A DNA stretch of 63,955 nt, filler included, from Hausera hauseri (lineage: Eukaryota), in NCBI GenBank assembly GCA_046269625.1. It is 10 parts of 10 records of this genome, joined end to end, with 100 filler letters (N's around TTAATTAATTAA, not from the genome) between each part and the next. Parts side by side here need not be neighbours in the genome. Positions count along the whole stretch, not along the records: positions 48,729 to 52,790 come from JBJURY010785757.1; positions 52,891 to 59,417 come from JBJURY010090987.1; positions 59,518 to 63,955 come from JBJURY010581667.1; 7 more parts are not named here. One strand, written 5' to 3'. The notes beneath the pieces are model-generated. The model had not been told where the DNA came from. It saw only the letters and a program-made list of their open reading frames with translations, and ran no database searches. The translations under genes were made by a program, and so were the position numbers. Below are positions 51,021 through 62,990 of this stretch, in pieces. How positions within the stretch are numbered: position 1 is the first letter of the stretch; every line of letters begins with the position of its first letter.

Positions 51021-52790
51021 TCAGGTTATGCTATCATAAGGTCCGTCTTGGTTACATTTTCCCCATTTACCTCCCTTTCGATTTTTACCGCGTTTATTAC
51101 AATTTTTGGAGACTAGAAAAATTATCGCTGTTAATATGACAAGAACGGAAATTGACACACTAAATACAGTTATTATTGGTAAATTACTCGGTTCGGTAGA
51201 ACTTTGTGTCGTAAACACACTTAGAGTATTAATATCCTTATACGTCATTACTTCAAGTTTATTACCAAGAGTTCGTACTGTAAGAGTTTTAGGGTTCTTA
51301 CCTTCCGCGGTCATTTTGATTATGTACTCGTGTTGTGGTCGTAACGATTTGCATACCGTTCCCAAACCATTTCTTTTTAGAATTACAACTTGGTTGGTGT
51401 GCAAGGTGCGACATTCAATTTCGACGTCCTCTTTTAATGTTTCTTCAGCGTAGAACAGAATTCTATCGCTCTTTGTTAGGATTTTGACCGGTATACTTCT
51501 TGGCATTACGTCTGTAGTGATGATCGTAATACTACGAGTTGTACTCGGCGTCGTGGAGGGCTTTCCCGTAGTGTTCGGAAGTGGAAGTTTCCATATTTCG
51601 TTATTTGGGAGATATCCTCTTAAGAAGACACTTTGTTTACCCTGATAAATGTCGTACAAATCAAATCGTAGTTGGTACCTTTGTCTTAGTTGTATTACAC
51701 AGCATACGGTGGGGCGTCTCTTCGCCAACGAACAATACGCCGGTCTGGGAATAGAAGTGTTCAATGGCGTAAGCTGGACAGAAATTTTTTTGTCTTCCGG
51801 TACTCCGAATTTGGTCTCGATCCAAATGCATTTGTTTCTTAAGTCCTTGTGAATTCCAACAATGTCGTCATCTAAAAGTCTGTTAATCGGATTGGTGCTT
51901 CGAATTATTTCGTCCGTTTTCGCTTGATTTGCGTCCTTTTGTTGTGGCATTCGTATTGTGAGCTCTGAAGCTACGATGGCTTGAGTCCCAAATTTATAGG
52001 AATAAAACAGCTGGAAGCTATATCTATAGACTTTCCCGAAATCTATTTTACAGCATCTCCTGTGGTGTCCGTATGGAAAATCACATAATTTCATTTCATC
52101 TCCAGTAGTTATAAATGTTATCTGAAATCCTATGTGTCTCTGAATAGGTTGGTCTGATTCAAACCATGCACATGGCTTTCCCCAATCCATATCCCGTATT
52201 CTAAGTGTCTGTAAATTCTGGATATCTTTTTGTTTTTCGGTTTTAGCGCTCGATTTCACCGTAGGTATATACGAAGCGATTAATGATAAGGCTAGGACTA
52301 TTTGTACATAAGATATTGGTCTAGTCACTATTGATGACGTCTTCTTTTCTTTATTTGTTTTGCTCGAACGTAGATTGTAGCGTTTGTCTGGTCTTATCTC
52401 TGTTTTGACTACCCTTTGAATTGATGTGACCTCTTCTTTACCATTCTTGTTTATGTAAACCGTAGTTGGCGTAGTTTTTGTAACTTCATAAGGTCCTCTA
52501 CCTGTCCTGGTAAGCTTAAGAGATGTGCCTTTTTTCGCCACTGGGTAGTGCACGTAAACCCAATTTCCAGGTTCCAAGTCATGCGGTTTAGCCCTCTTGT
52601 CGTATTGTCCTTTAAATTGTTCTTGGTATTCTTTAGATAATTCTTTGGCTATTTCCCAGCATTTCTGCAATCTCGATTGTAGTACTTCAACGAAATTTTG
52701 CTCTAAATCTTCCGTTCTAGTTGTATATGGAATCAATCCTAGGTCTGTGGGCAGTACAGCTTCTCTACCGTACATCATAAAAAATGGAGT
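51021..52790 (-). CDS. Integrase C-terminus fused in frame to a predicted type I membrane protein
   Basis: Uninterrupted 585-aa ORF: IN tail (GPYEV), signal-like VQIVLALSLIASYIP, two 4-Cys units, Thr/Pro linker, beta-rich FN3-like unit (LRPQHEYIIKMTA), TM LPIITVFSVSISVLVILTAIIFLV, basic cytoplasmic tail ending YDSI. Confidence 0.8.
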   Translation of the reverse strand, partial: TPFFMMYGREAVLPTDLGLIPYTTRTEDLEQNFVEVLQSRLQKCWEIAKELSKEYQEQFKGQYDKRAKPHDLEPGNWVYVHYPVAKKGTSLKLTRTGRGPYEVTKTTPTTVYINKNGKEEVTSIQRVVKTEIRPDKRYNLRSSKTNKEKKTSSIVTRPISYVQIVLALSLIASYIPTVKSSAKTEKQKDIQNLQTLRIRDMDWGKPCAWFESDQPIQRHIGFQITFITTGDEMKLCDFPYGHHRRCCKIDFGKVYRYSFQLFYSYKFGTQAIVASELTIRMPQQKDANQAKTDEIIRSTNPINRLLDDDIVGIHKDLRNKCIWIETKFGVPEDKKISVQLTPLNTSIPRPAYCSLAKRRPTVCCVIQLRQRYQLRFDLYDIYQGKQSVFLRGYLPNNEIWKLPLPNTTGKPSTTPSTTRSITIITTDVMPRSIPVKILTKSDRILFYAEETLKEDVEIECRTLHTNQVVILKRNGLGTVCKSLRPQHEYIIKMTAEGKNPKTLTVRTLGNKLEVMTYKDINTLSVFTTQSSTEPSNLPIITVFSVSISVLVILTAIIFLVSKNCNKRGKNRKGGKWGKCNQDGPYDSIT

Positions 52791-54744
52791 NNNNNNNNNN
52801 NNNNNNNNNNNNNNNNNNNNNNNNNNNNNNNNNNTTAATTAATTAANNNNNNNNNNNNNNNNNNNNNNNNNNNNNNNNNNNNNNNNNNNNGAAAGTAAAG
52901 GTGGCCTAGCTTTACGCTGACAACATAACCCAAATCATGTGCCAGTGTGAAGGAAAAAATGTGGACACTAACCCCACATTTCCCGATACCTATCTTTAGG
53001 CATGAAACGGACTTTACTTACAAAGGAGACTACTTTTACTGAAATAAACTTACTGATGCTTCCTCTGCTGTGCATTGGCTTGGTGTAACATGTACAGATA
53101 TGCTGACATCTGTGTTAAGAAAGTATAATGTTATTTTTTAAATGTAATTACTGGTTTGTAATATATATTCAAAACTTCTCAAGGGGGAAAAAACTAATTT
53201 CATTCAGCTCATACCCAGCACACATGTAAACATCAAAACAATATGACAGGTTTCTGGAGAAAAAAAAGATACCACTCTATCAAAAATAGTTACATCAATA
53301 CCTGGACAGAACAAGCAATACACAACATTAAAATAAATTTAGTAACACTCAAATGAGAGACTAAGGTCTGACATTAAAACAAAAAAGATTTAAAAAGGGA
53401 AAGAAAGTAATAGGACACATATATGCACTACACCTTCATGTACACACACCATATCAGAATATTAATATAAGGAAATCTAAGAACATAACCGATGAAAATC
53501 ACAAAAGCAGACTAAACAAAAGTAGCAAGGTGTAAAACACAATACTGAGACAACAGCTGAATGTAATTTACCAAGCTTGGGTCAAAGACTATGGTAGCTA
53601 ACTAAAGTTCATAATGAAAACAGTGATCTACATTGCTCAAACTGGGAACATTCTTACCACTGTTGTCTGAGAGGTAGTCACTGAAGTTTCCCATGCCATT
53701 TGTCAGAATTTTATCAATTTTCCCTGCCAAAATGTCTTTGCCTGTTCTCCTGAATATAATATTTACATTTTACAAATTCTATCGTAGGGAAATCTAAAAA
53801 TTTGGATTCTACATAAAATCAGAGCTTCATGAAGAGTATTTATTTATTTGTTCAAAGCACGTACCATGTACGCAGAATGCTGGAGATAAGACGAAAGTGT
53901 CTCAGAGTACTAAGAAATTCTCCACTATTCCAAGTGTTCTGGAAAGTAGTCAGTTTGGTGATGCAGTAGAATCTATAGAATCAACCGAAGAAAATTTAGT
54001 TAACTGTCCAATTCAGACAGATATATCTATCAAGAATTTTGAAAATAATGTTTAGCTATTTTTAAATGATGGAACATCACACATCCCCACGGAGTTTTTT
54101 TTACACGAATCAAATCAGTGGAAAATAAAAAATCTATTTTATCCAGGAATCAAACTGGGACGACGATTAAAACAAATAGTTAATAACAAACAAACTATAA
54201 ACATGAAATATTGGTTAAAGCATACGACAATATAGTCAAAGTTGAAAATAACATTAGAATGGATATAATGGAAGAGTGCCATAATCAGTACACTGTTAGT
54301 CATCGATTGTCTGTGAATGATAACATCAAAGAAAAATCTGAATTACCCAAAGTAAAATCTATCCAGGTGCCACTAGCAATTGAACTACTTTCACCAAAGA
54401 CTCAGACGAAAATAGAAAGCATAGTAAATCAATATCCATCTTTTATGCGATCCTTTAGAAGTAATAGCCGAATTACGACATTTTGGTTATGATCAAAGTT
54501 CTTGTATTAAATTTTTTTTTTCAAAAAATGACAAAATCGCTTCGTTAGATAATTGAGGATGTCATTCCATCATTATTAGTGAATGGTAATAATTCGGGAA
54601 ACTTTGACATTTTTCGTCGGAGTTTAATTTCATCAGTGTTGTCAACAAATAGTCAAGATCCAATGAACTATAATACTGATGATTCTAATGATACTTTCAC
54701 TGCTTTAAATTCAAATAGTAACCATAAAATTTTAAATAATTCGA

Positions 54745-55030
54745 AAGTTCATATTGTTCAGTTATTTCACTTTTTATTCGTACTGTAATGTTTATGTCCT
54801 TTACGATTATTGTTCAATTTACGTTTTATCTATCGATACATCATTCGCAATTTCATGAAGTCGCTAGCCATTCTCGCATTGATCGTACCCGCTGTTGCAA
54901 AATTGTTGTACTTCCATCAGTACATAATTGCGGATAATTCAACTATGCTATCATACGTTTATCGACGAATTCTGTCAAAACCGGCAATTCGATCTATTCT
55001 TTGTCCAATATGGAAATTTATGCCGCAATG
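54745..55030 (+). pseudogene. ALG10: ALG10/DIE2 alpha-1,2-glucosyltransferase fragment
   Basis: HIVQLFHF (cf. HxPQLFYF) followed by HQYIIADNSTMLSYVYRR (cf. HxYLLADNRHYTFYVWRR). Confidence 0.55.
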
Positions 55031-55074
55031 TGGGGATGATGCACGGTCACCGAAATCTTCAATACTTGTTGACT

Positions 55075-55258
55075 TGTGGTGCCGGCGTCGACCGTTTGCA
55101 CCCGGCCCATTCAGTTGGGCACGGTCGGGCTTTTCACCGCCAGCGCGTCGAGTACATAGACGGGTCCAGTTTTTCCGCCTTGAAAATGAGCTGTTGACCG
55201 AGAATGGCGTTACCAAGTTTACTGATATCAAATGTAACACCCATTCAGTTTATTCACA
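55075..55258 (+). repeat. LTR-like repeat (TGT...ACA, about 184 bp) followed by a PBS-like TGGCGC
   Basis: TGTGGTGCC...GGCCCATTCAGTTGGGCACGGTCGGGC resembles the copy-A2 LTR start (TGTGGTGCC...GGCCCATTTGGTTGGAGACGGCCGGGC); ends TTCACA-A-TGGCGC. Confidence 0.55.
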
Positions 55259-56627
55259 ATGGCGCAAGTCCTGAACCACTCTTCGGTTTAGACGAAATTG
55301 AAACAAAATTGTCGGAAGTTTGTTAAAGAATTTAATGGTCTATCAATTGCTTCGAACTTCTCTTTTACCACACTGTAATCCAATTTTCTCCGTGATGTTG
55401 GATTTTTATTCGATTACGCTTATTGTACAGATTATGATGCAAAAGTCTATTCGAATTGCGTTCAAAGTATCCTTATGCATCATATCAAAAATCTCTCCTT
55501 CCAAAAGACATCGAACTCAATTGCCAGAAGTTACAGGAAATATATCATGCAAGCGAAATCCAATTCTCAATATTAGACCCATCTACATCCGGGAAAATAT
55601 ACATCATAGTATCATATGGCATGTACAATTCAACAAAACTCAATGGAAAACGTATTTTGAAATAACCGTGTCAATTCCAATACTTCAGAAAGATCTATCT
55701 ACAGCCATCCGAGATGGTATTGATTCACTCGAGATTTCTACACCTTATGACAATTTTAAGTTCGGCAATATCAATTATGATTGCAGTCCTTTTTCCCAAC
55801 AAACAGATTGTTATGATTTAGAGTCTGCGTCAGGCGCTTATTCCAGACCTATCGAAGAGAATTTAAACACGCCACATAACTCACCGGGCGATCGAAACTC
55901 AGATTATTCCAGAATACGTGAACGGCAAATATTGGATTGTTCGTCGTCTTTAGCACAAATTAACGAGAATTCTGTAAAACAAAACCAAACGACCGTGAAT
56001 AAAGCGAACTATGTCGTTACGTCGTTTTCTATTAAAAGAAAGATAACCCATTCATATTTTATTAAATTGAATCCAAAAATGAAACAGCACATATCTACTG
56101 ATCCTCAAAAAAATTCTCTTCAAATTCTGTTGGCCAGAAACAAAGAAAATCATTTAATTGTCTGTATATGATTATTTAACAATGCAAAGTCTGGAGATAT
56201 GTGATGAAAGGATACTTGATGACAGTGATTGTTTATTTGAAAATGATGTGAATATAATTTCCTCTTATTGTTCGTGAATGAGAATATTTTTTGAAAAATT
56301 GCTTTGACTATTTTTTGATGTACATTAAAGACTGTGGACCGTTAGTAATCATTCAGGCATTGCAGAATTCATACAAAGGATTCATGATTTGTTTAGTCTT
56401 GGCTATTGTTAATTATATTTCACAAATTTCCACAGCATTTAGGTTTAAACAAGAAATCAAATTAGTTTTCTCCATTATCTCTAGATATTATTTATTGGCA
56501 TCAACTTTTGACAATTGCCCTTGGAATTTAATTCTATTTTCACTGTCGTCAGTGTTTTAATTTGCTTTATTAAACCCTTTTCACAGATGTTTGGAAGTTT
56601 ATGTATATGTTTTGTTTATTTACTCAT

Positions 56628-56860
56628 GAATGTTTCGTGAACGACACTCGTCCAGAAGGACCATTGTGCAAAATACGATTGGTGGATTTGAATGCTCTTG
56701 TGACAAAGAATTTGAATTGGATCACCAAACGAATACATTCAAATTGAACCAGTAACTAAATGTCGCGAAACCAAAAGCCGATTTAATATTTGGATTTGAT
56801 GTGAGTGAATCTTCCCAACAATACTTCGACGGCATTTTGGAAATGGTAATAAAGTATAAT
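56628..56860 (+). pseudogene. EGF-like domain followed by the start of a VWA-like domain
   Basis: EC...LCK-NTIGGFECSCDKEFEL (calcium-binding EGF pattern, one frameshift), then in frame ADLIFGFDVSES (DxSxS MIDAS motif). Confidence 0.55.
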
Positions 56861-57764
56861 TGCCGATTAAAGAGTGAACTCGCCAGCAATAATAAGAAAT
56901 TTTTTGTTTTAAATGATGTTTTTTTATGTACAAAAAATTTGTAAATTGAAATTGAAATTAAATAAATCGATTTTGGAGTTTGGATCAACCATTTTGATTT
57001 TCATTATCTTTTGCCAGTTTTGCTATTTTGAACGTATTTTCTGGTTGTAGTAGATCGTTCAGATTTTATTATTTTCTTATCGTCGATATTTCTAATTATT
57101 AAACAACATTATTGTGCCAGAAGACTTTTGGACATTACAATAATACTAACGGTTGATTGTTCTCTATTTATTTGGATATTAATCAAAAGGTTTTATCGTA
57201 ACAAATGGTGTCAAATTTGTTGTTTCAGGTATATCGCTCAGAATTTGCTGTACAGAAATCATAGAAATGGCCTACGAAATATTTACAGCAATGTTCGGTG
57301 ATATTTAATTGTACTCGGGACAGAAATTCGACTGACCGATTTTCTTTAATAATTGAAATAGTTAAAATTCGACACCTTGAAAAGCTCGAGTTTTCGGAAA
57401 CGCCAGACAATGAAAATTAAATAAACGTAATGACATTTGTTCTGGAGCTCCTCTATAAAAATTCCGGTATGGTTCGTTCTAATTATAAAGACATTTACTT
57501 TTTAACGGTAAATAATTGTCTCATTGAAGTTCCGCAAATATTTAAAGTCATTCGGGACGCCTATTACGAATCTTCCATTGCGTACGCTCATCGCACCTTT
57601 TCCGTTTCGCGCCAATATGGGCACATTTACGAGTGGTTAACACAAAAAAAACCATGCGGTGGGCGTTTTCCTCGAACGTTTTTAACTTTATAGTCATGGA
57701 TGTTACGACGTCTCGTATCACGAATGTTTCGAGGAAATTATTCAACAACGCCCATGGCATCCTG

Positions 57765-58330
57765 AAATGAAAGATTTTCATTTCACTTTTACCACTCTCC
57801 AATTACCAATTTTTTTATTCTGGATGAAACATTTAGATAATTTTGCAGAAATAAGACCGATTTATTGTCATGCCGAAGGACAAACACTAGCCGCTGTTAT
57901 TCTTTTGGCCCAGTTGGGTAATAGACACATCCATATTTGTCATGTGTCAAGAAAATACAAAATCGAATTAATAAAACTAGCAGAGTCTAGGACTGCGTGT
58001 AACATGTGAAGTTGCTCCACATCATTTCTTTTTAACTGAGAACTTTTTATCATCTGGTCTCAGTAATGTAAAATCATCTTAATCAACCGCAGAAGATACT
58101 GAAAGTCTTTGGAACAATTTGCATGTCATTATTTGTTTTGCTAGAGATCATGCTGCACATACCCTTGTTGAAAAGCAATCTGCTAATTCCCCTCGTGCTT
58201 TTTCGGGATTAGAAACAATACTACAATTACTGCTAGATGCACATCGGCAAGAACGCATTACACTTAAACAAATATCAGAATAATTAAGTATAGACCCACA
58301 ACATATACTTAATTTACCACCATCTGAGCC
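57765..58330 (+). pseudogene. CAD: CAD dihydroorotase-domain fragment, intronless, decayed
   Basis: WMKHL...PIYCHAEGQTLAAVILLAQL...HICHVSRK, EVAPHHFFL, LWNNLHVIICFARDHAAHT.EK, FSGLETILQLLL. Confidence 0.85.
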
Positions 58331-58339
58331 ATGTTTAAA

Positions 58340-59050
58340 ATGCAACACAATGTGCCATACAACAGCGCGTACGAATATGAACAATCAATCATCTAGAAAT
58401 CATGCCATTTGTCCTTTACATATCAAACAGCAACGAGTCATCGGCATCCACTCTGAAGATAATGCGATATTGGAAAACGATGCTGATTTTGAAACTCTGA
58501 TTGCGAAATCCCATTTTGTAGATTTGACAAACTGTGAAAGATCGAAACGAACCGGCGCAACTGACAATCGGGCGAAAGAAGGAATTTCGATTAATTCCGG
58601 CTTGTTAGCACTGGCAAACTTAGTCTCTACCCTTCGAGATCCGTCAACAAAGTATACACATATCCGCAAAACGAATTCGAAAGTAATTAGACTGTTACAA
58701 AATTCACTCGGTGGAAATTCTCAAACGGTTATAATAGCTCGTATGTCTCCACCTGATTGTGACTTTCTCGAAACGCTGCATGCTCTTCATTACACTAATC
58801 GTGTAAGAAATATCAAAAATCGAGTTATTGTAAATCAGGATAAAACAAGCAAACAATTATCGGCCATGAAGCAACAAACTGAAATACTGCAGGCGAAACT
58901 TATGGAGTATAAACGGGACCGAATTATGGGTAAACGGCTTGCAGAAAGTGATGAGAGTGGTTTAAGCGATCCTTGTACAGAAAATAATTTCTTACAAACT
59001 AAAAATCATACAGTCCGATCACGAATTAAAGCTTTGTCGAGTACAATTGA
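58340..59050 (+). pseudogene. KIF21: Kinesin-4 (KIF21-like) motor C-terminal half and neck fragment, intronless, decayed
   Basis: MNNQSSRNHAI, AKSHFVDL...ERSKRTGAT..RAKEGISINSGLLAL, RLLQNSLGGNSQT, ETL..L.Y.NR.RNIKN.V.VNQD, LMEYK, ENNFLQT; catalytic motifs degraded (DLAGSE to DLTNCE). Confidence 0.88.
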
Positions 59051-59417
59051 TGTCACTAGGGGAGGAAAGGGGAATCCCGTATTTTCGTGCCCGCCGCGCC
59101 GCGGCGAAGCCCCGACCGCCAACCCTGCGCCGGTCGGTCGGGGGGGCTTTCGACGTCGGTCCCAGGTCACGCCCTCAGGCGTGCCACAACTTTCCCCAAT
59201 TTGTTTTTTGTAATAATACACATACATACGACCCACACAAAATATCTACATATTCCTACCCTTCAGACCTGCATCTCTTCTCTTGGGTTTTCCGATTTCT
59301 TTCTTACTCACCATGGTGCTGTCATCCACCTTAACGAGATTTTCTCTTTTCCCAATCAAACTCGTTTCGATGTACATCCCGGTATCTGTGGTGGAATGAA
59401 TTTCTCACCAACTGTCG
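59051..59417 (+). mobile_element. Insertion truncating KIF21: GC-rich LTR/leader-like segment plus ubiquitin-like leader and Gag-like start
   Basis: Abrupt GC jump at TGTCAC (59051); hairpin at about 59106-59150; then FSDFFLTHHG...VHPGICGG-MNFSPTV, paralogous to 25255-25473. Confidence 0.5.
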
Positions 59418-61386
59418 NNNNNNNNNNNNNNNNNNNNNNNNNNNNNNNNNNNNNNNNNNNNTTAATTAATTAANNNNNNNNNNNNNNNNNNNNNNNNNNN
59501 NNNNNNNNNNNNNNNNNACAAATTGTGTTGGTCCTTGAGGATATTGAACAATTTGATTGCTCGGTTTTGCAGAATTTGATTGAAATGTTTGGGTAATACT
59601 TATTTTTATTGAATGAATTAAATGTGTTGATAATTGATACTTTAATTTCAATTTTCTGAATGTTAGAATTTTGCACCATTCATACATTTATTAATTTTAG
59701 GAAACATTCTGACAGCACTTCAGTCGCTATTCTCATGGGATTATCAACGACTATGGAGAAACTCGAATCCTTACTAACGATTCGCTGTTTACCTCAAATA
59801 TCTATCGAACTATTTCCAACCACAAGTCCATCGGATTTGGTTAACTCTTTCATAACGTCGTTGGTTTTGAACTCGTTTCCATTCCAATTGAGTGGGCCAG
59901 TTTACAAATACGTCGTTACGGATTTGTTCTTTTGTTCGAGTTTTTCGATAACAAACGTTATCGCTCATTATAAAGTATTTCATTATTTGTTTTGCCATTT
60001 TCATACATTCGCTTTAGTATTGTTTATTTGAACATTTTATGAATTCCGAAGAGTTCTCTGAACAGACATTTACCATTAGCGAATTATCATATAGTCAAAT
60101 AACAAATTGGCCCCCGATAAAGAACCATACCAGTCAAATGCGACTTCTTTACCATTTTTCGGAATGGTTGTTTGAGTTGATCTCGCACATTTCTGATAGC
60201 CGGATAGTCAATAAAGTAGGCGAGTTATTCGTCATTTTACGATTATCTCGTATTTTGTTTTTTCTTCTCGTAGTTCTATCAGATTTTGGAAATGCATTTG
60301 GATTGTGGACTTGCACGATCGGAGAAAATGTTACACATTATTCAGATTATCCGGTAATTTATTGTTCAAATCGTCTCCATTACTTTTTGGATTGCATTTA
60401 TAAATCTTGACTATGCGTATAAGTGGCCATAGATTATAGACCGAATATAACTCGGACTATAACAAATATTCACAAAGATTCTGGCAAGCATCATCATTCA
60501 TGCACTTATTATCAGCAATAAAAAAACGGGAAAAAATCATCCGTTCGGCGAACAATTTCAATCATTTCTTTAAAAAAAAATTTTTTTTGGGGGGGGGGGG
60601 ATTGAAGAAGTGCAAAAATGACGTAATATTTAAAAGTCCGTATTGCATAATCTTACCTTTGTGTGCAAAACTGGAACTCTGATGTTTTTGTTATGAGACT
60701 GCCCCACCAAACTACGACGGCAGTCTGAAAAGTTGTCGGGCTCAACAATGAAACGTGGCAAAAAAATTTTATGTTTTATTTTTCAAAATAATCTCTTGAA
60801 ACTTCAACGTATTTCTTCCAGCGTTTTGACAATTTGGAATAGTTTCGTCGAAAATGCTTTCCAGTCCGGATGTTTTGTGTGAACACAATTCTAAGTGCAC
60901 TCTCCAAATGTGCAAATCATCAATATATTGGAATTATCGGAAATCCGATATTATTGATTTTTGCACACTTGCACTGTGCACTGATCGATGTGCACGTTAT
61001 ACCGATCAATACTGCACTGATCAACCGTTGTCCAGCACTTTACCAATCGATAGTACTCCGGGAGCACTATGGATTTTGTGCTGTACAACCCCCCCCCCTC
61101 CCCAAGGGGTGGACAACTTTCGCGTGGATCATATTCAAGGCTTGTACGAACAGATTTAAAAAGAGCAGCACTGAAAAAATGAACGCGATGCATTTTTATA
61201 CAGTTTTAACAATTTCGAATGAATTTCATTTGGTGTTAAAACGAATCAAAACAAAGAATTTTATCATTGCACGATATTCAATTTTGTACAAATATGAAAC
61301 GAATAAATACACAAAAAATTACAACATGACAAAATCAGATAATACTCGCAATTTTTATACCAAATTATTTTGTACGGTTTGATATT

Positions 61387-61387
<1 letters not shown>

Positions 61388-61418
<31 letters not shown>
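61388..61418. repeat. (GT)n microsatellite
   Basis: About 15 GT units. Confidence 0.95.
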
Positions 61419-61419
<1 letters not shown>

Positions 61420-61420
<1 letters not shown>

Positions 61421-61830
61421 GTTTTTTTTCTATCTCACCTATGGAATGCCAATTATGAAGAAAATGTCGTGATAACAGTTTCAACCAAGTAACGTTTCTC
61501 ATTTCTGTTGGTGAAAAGCAATTATAATATTTCATTGCTGCACGGAATTCTGGTACCCGTGTTTTTTGTGGTCTTGTGTTATTTTATTCGGAATCCATTT
61601 GTCTGATAAGCATTTCGTGTTGTTCAGCTTCAATTTGTGGTACCCGTCGAGCTCTTCTAGGCTTCCTTCCAAATGTTGTTCGATCTTCTTCAAATTCCTT
61701 CACTTTGTTCCGTACTATCCTAATTCCAATAACGTCTTCACCCCAAGCTGTCACAAGCAATTTATCGATTTCCGTACATTTAAAATCATTCCTTCGCAAT
61801 GTTTAAAACAAACAAATACCTACCGCGCAC
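61420..61830 (-). mobile_element. Mariner-type transposase N-terminal remnant
   Basis: TEIDKLLVTAWGEDVIGIRIVRNKVKEFEEDRTTFGRKPRRAR (Mos1-like HTH and R.GRP region); downstream RVPEF at the WVPxEL position. Confidence 0.6.
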
Positions 61831-62288
61831 GACGTTCAAGCAAATAAAATTCATATGATGCTCTGAAATAAACAATATTTCTAGATAAAAAACGAACCTT
61901 AGTATGCAGATTTTCGTCCAAAAACTAGACACGCAGCTTTTGTCTTTCGTTTTCTTTATTGAATTACCTCCAAAGCCAAAAGCGGTTGCCGAAAGACCAT
62001 TTCTCAAACAATCTGGCTTCAGAAATCTGACAAACGATATTCGTGTCTTGAAATGTTCACAATTTCTCACTTGTTCAATATCCCCCTAGCATGCAAATCA
62101 ATTTCGTGATTGGACAAAATTTTCTTCCTTTTTGCCGATGTTTCTTTATGTTCTGTCAATCTAATAAATATCCTCGCCCATGCCAATTAGAAACTGCTCT
62201 ACATGTCAATGCCATGGGCATGATTCAAACCCGTTATGAATTTGTCAATTTGCATAGGAGGATATGAAACAAGTGCAAAATTGGACAA

Positions 62289-62990
62289 TTGTTTACATTT
62301 TACGAATCATTAAGATCGCAATCACCGGAGGATATTGTTGAAAGTGTAAAACGAGCTAATGCCAGACTGTTGTATTGTAAAGAAAACAATCCCGACATAT
62401 GCAATTTGATGCACAATGCTGAACAAAAGTCAGTGGGATTAACGAACACCAATGTTACGTCTAGCAATTCTACTGCAAATTTGACAAAAATGTCACGCAG
62501 TGAATTAAAACAAGTATTGAATTTCCAAACCAAAATTATACGCATTCGGTTGATTCATTAAGGCATTGATAAAAAGTGCCCAGATAAAGTCGAAGTCTGT
62601 CCAAACTCAATTCACCGAATGGTTGTTAGATTGGATTATCGAACATTTACCACACCATACCGTTATGGACAACTACGGATTTGTTTATTTCGGTAAAATC
62701 GAACTGTTGAAACTCAGTGTTAATCCCTCTGTGAAACATACCATTGAAAATGCATTGATAAATCCTTTTCATTACATCAAGGTAGTTACCATATCCGATA
62801 TTGTTGTTCCACTTTACAAATGTTCGTTAGAACAAAAAACTCCGTTTGGACTCCAACTCGAGTATTACGAAAGATTTACCCGACACTGCCATTGTGTTCA
62901 AGTTGCATCTTGAATTTCAACGAAACAAATTGAACGTTTATGATTGGCTTCAGGTACGCTTACATGTTACATATTTCCATCATGCTTGTT
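62289..62990 (+). pseudogene. Bro-N-like plus T5orf172 (GIY-YIG) remnant of the large-dsDNA-virus type
   Basis: LNFQTKII..ALIKSAQ...QFTEWLLDWIIEHLP (Bro-N C-terminal pattern), then GFVYF...YIKV...TPFGLQL and LHLEFQRNKLNVYDWL (T5orf172 LH..F......EWF pattern) across frameshifts. Confidence 0.45.

Larger units (their letters stand above)
48729..52790 (-). mobile_element. Giant env-bearing Gypsy-type element, copy 2: 3' part (integrase end, membrane protein, accessory ORF)
   Basis: 52790-52260 is clearly homologous to about 7350-6835 (roughly 80% amino-acid identity by eye) and the contig continues about 2.9 kb beyond the point where copy 1 ends. Confidence 0.88.

Noticed and set aside
39381-52790. 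Apparent tandem array of three minus-strand retroelements
   Set aside because: They lie on separate contigs; the adjacency is artificial.
55320-56171. 283-aa ORF after the PBS-like site as a Gag
   Set aside because: No recognisable capsid or zinc-knuckle motif; left unassigned.
5970-59517. Recurring TTAATTAATTAA motif as a CRISPR-like or biological repeat
   Set aside because: Always embedded in exactly 44+44 Ns; it is an assembly linker.
59700-60400. Possible very degraded integrase on the minus strand (VAFDWYGSL, IMSDN, ERVN)
   Set aside because: Motifs are scattered over frames and too weak to call without an HMM search.
60955-61030. Short recurring TGCAC(TGATC) motifs
   Set aside because: Irregular spacing and too short to define an array.
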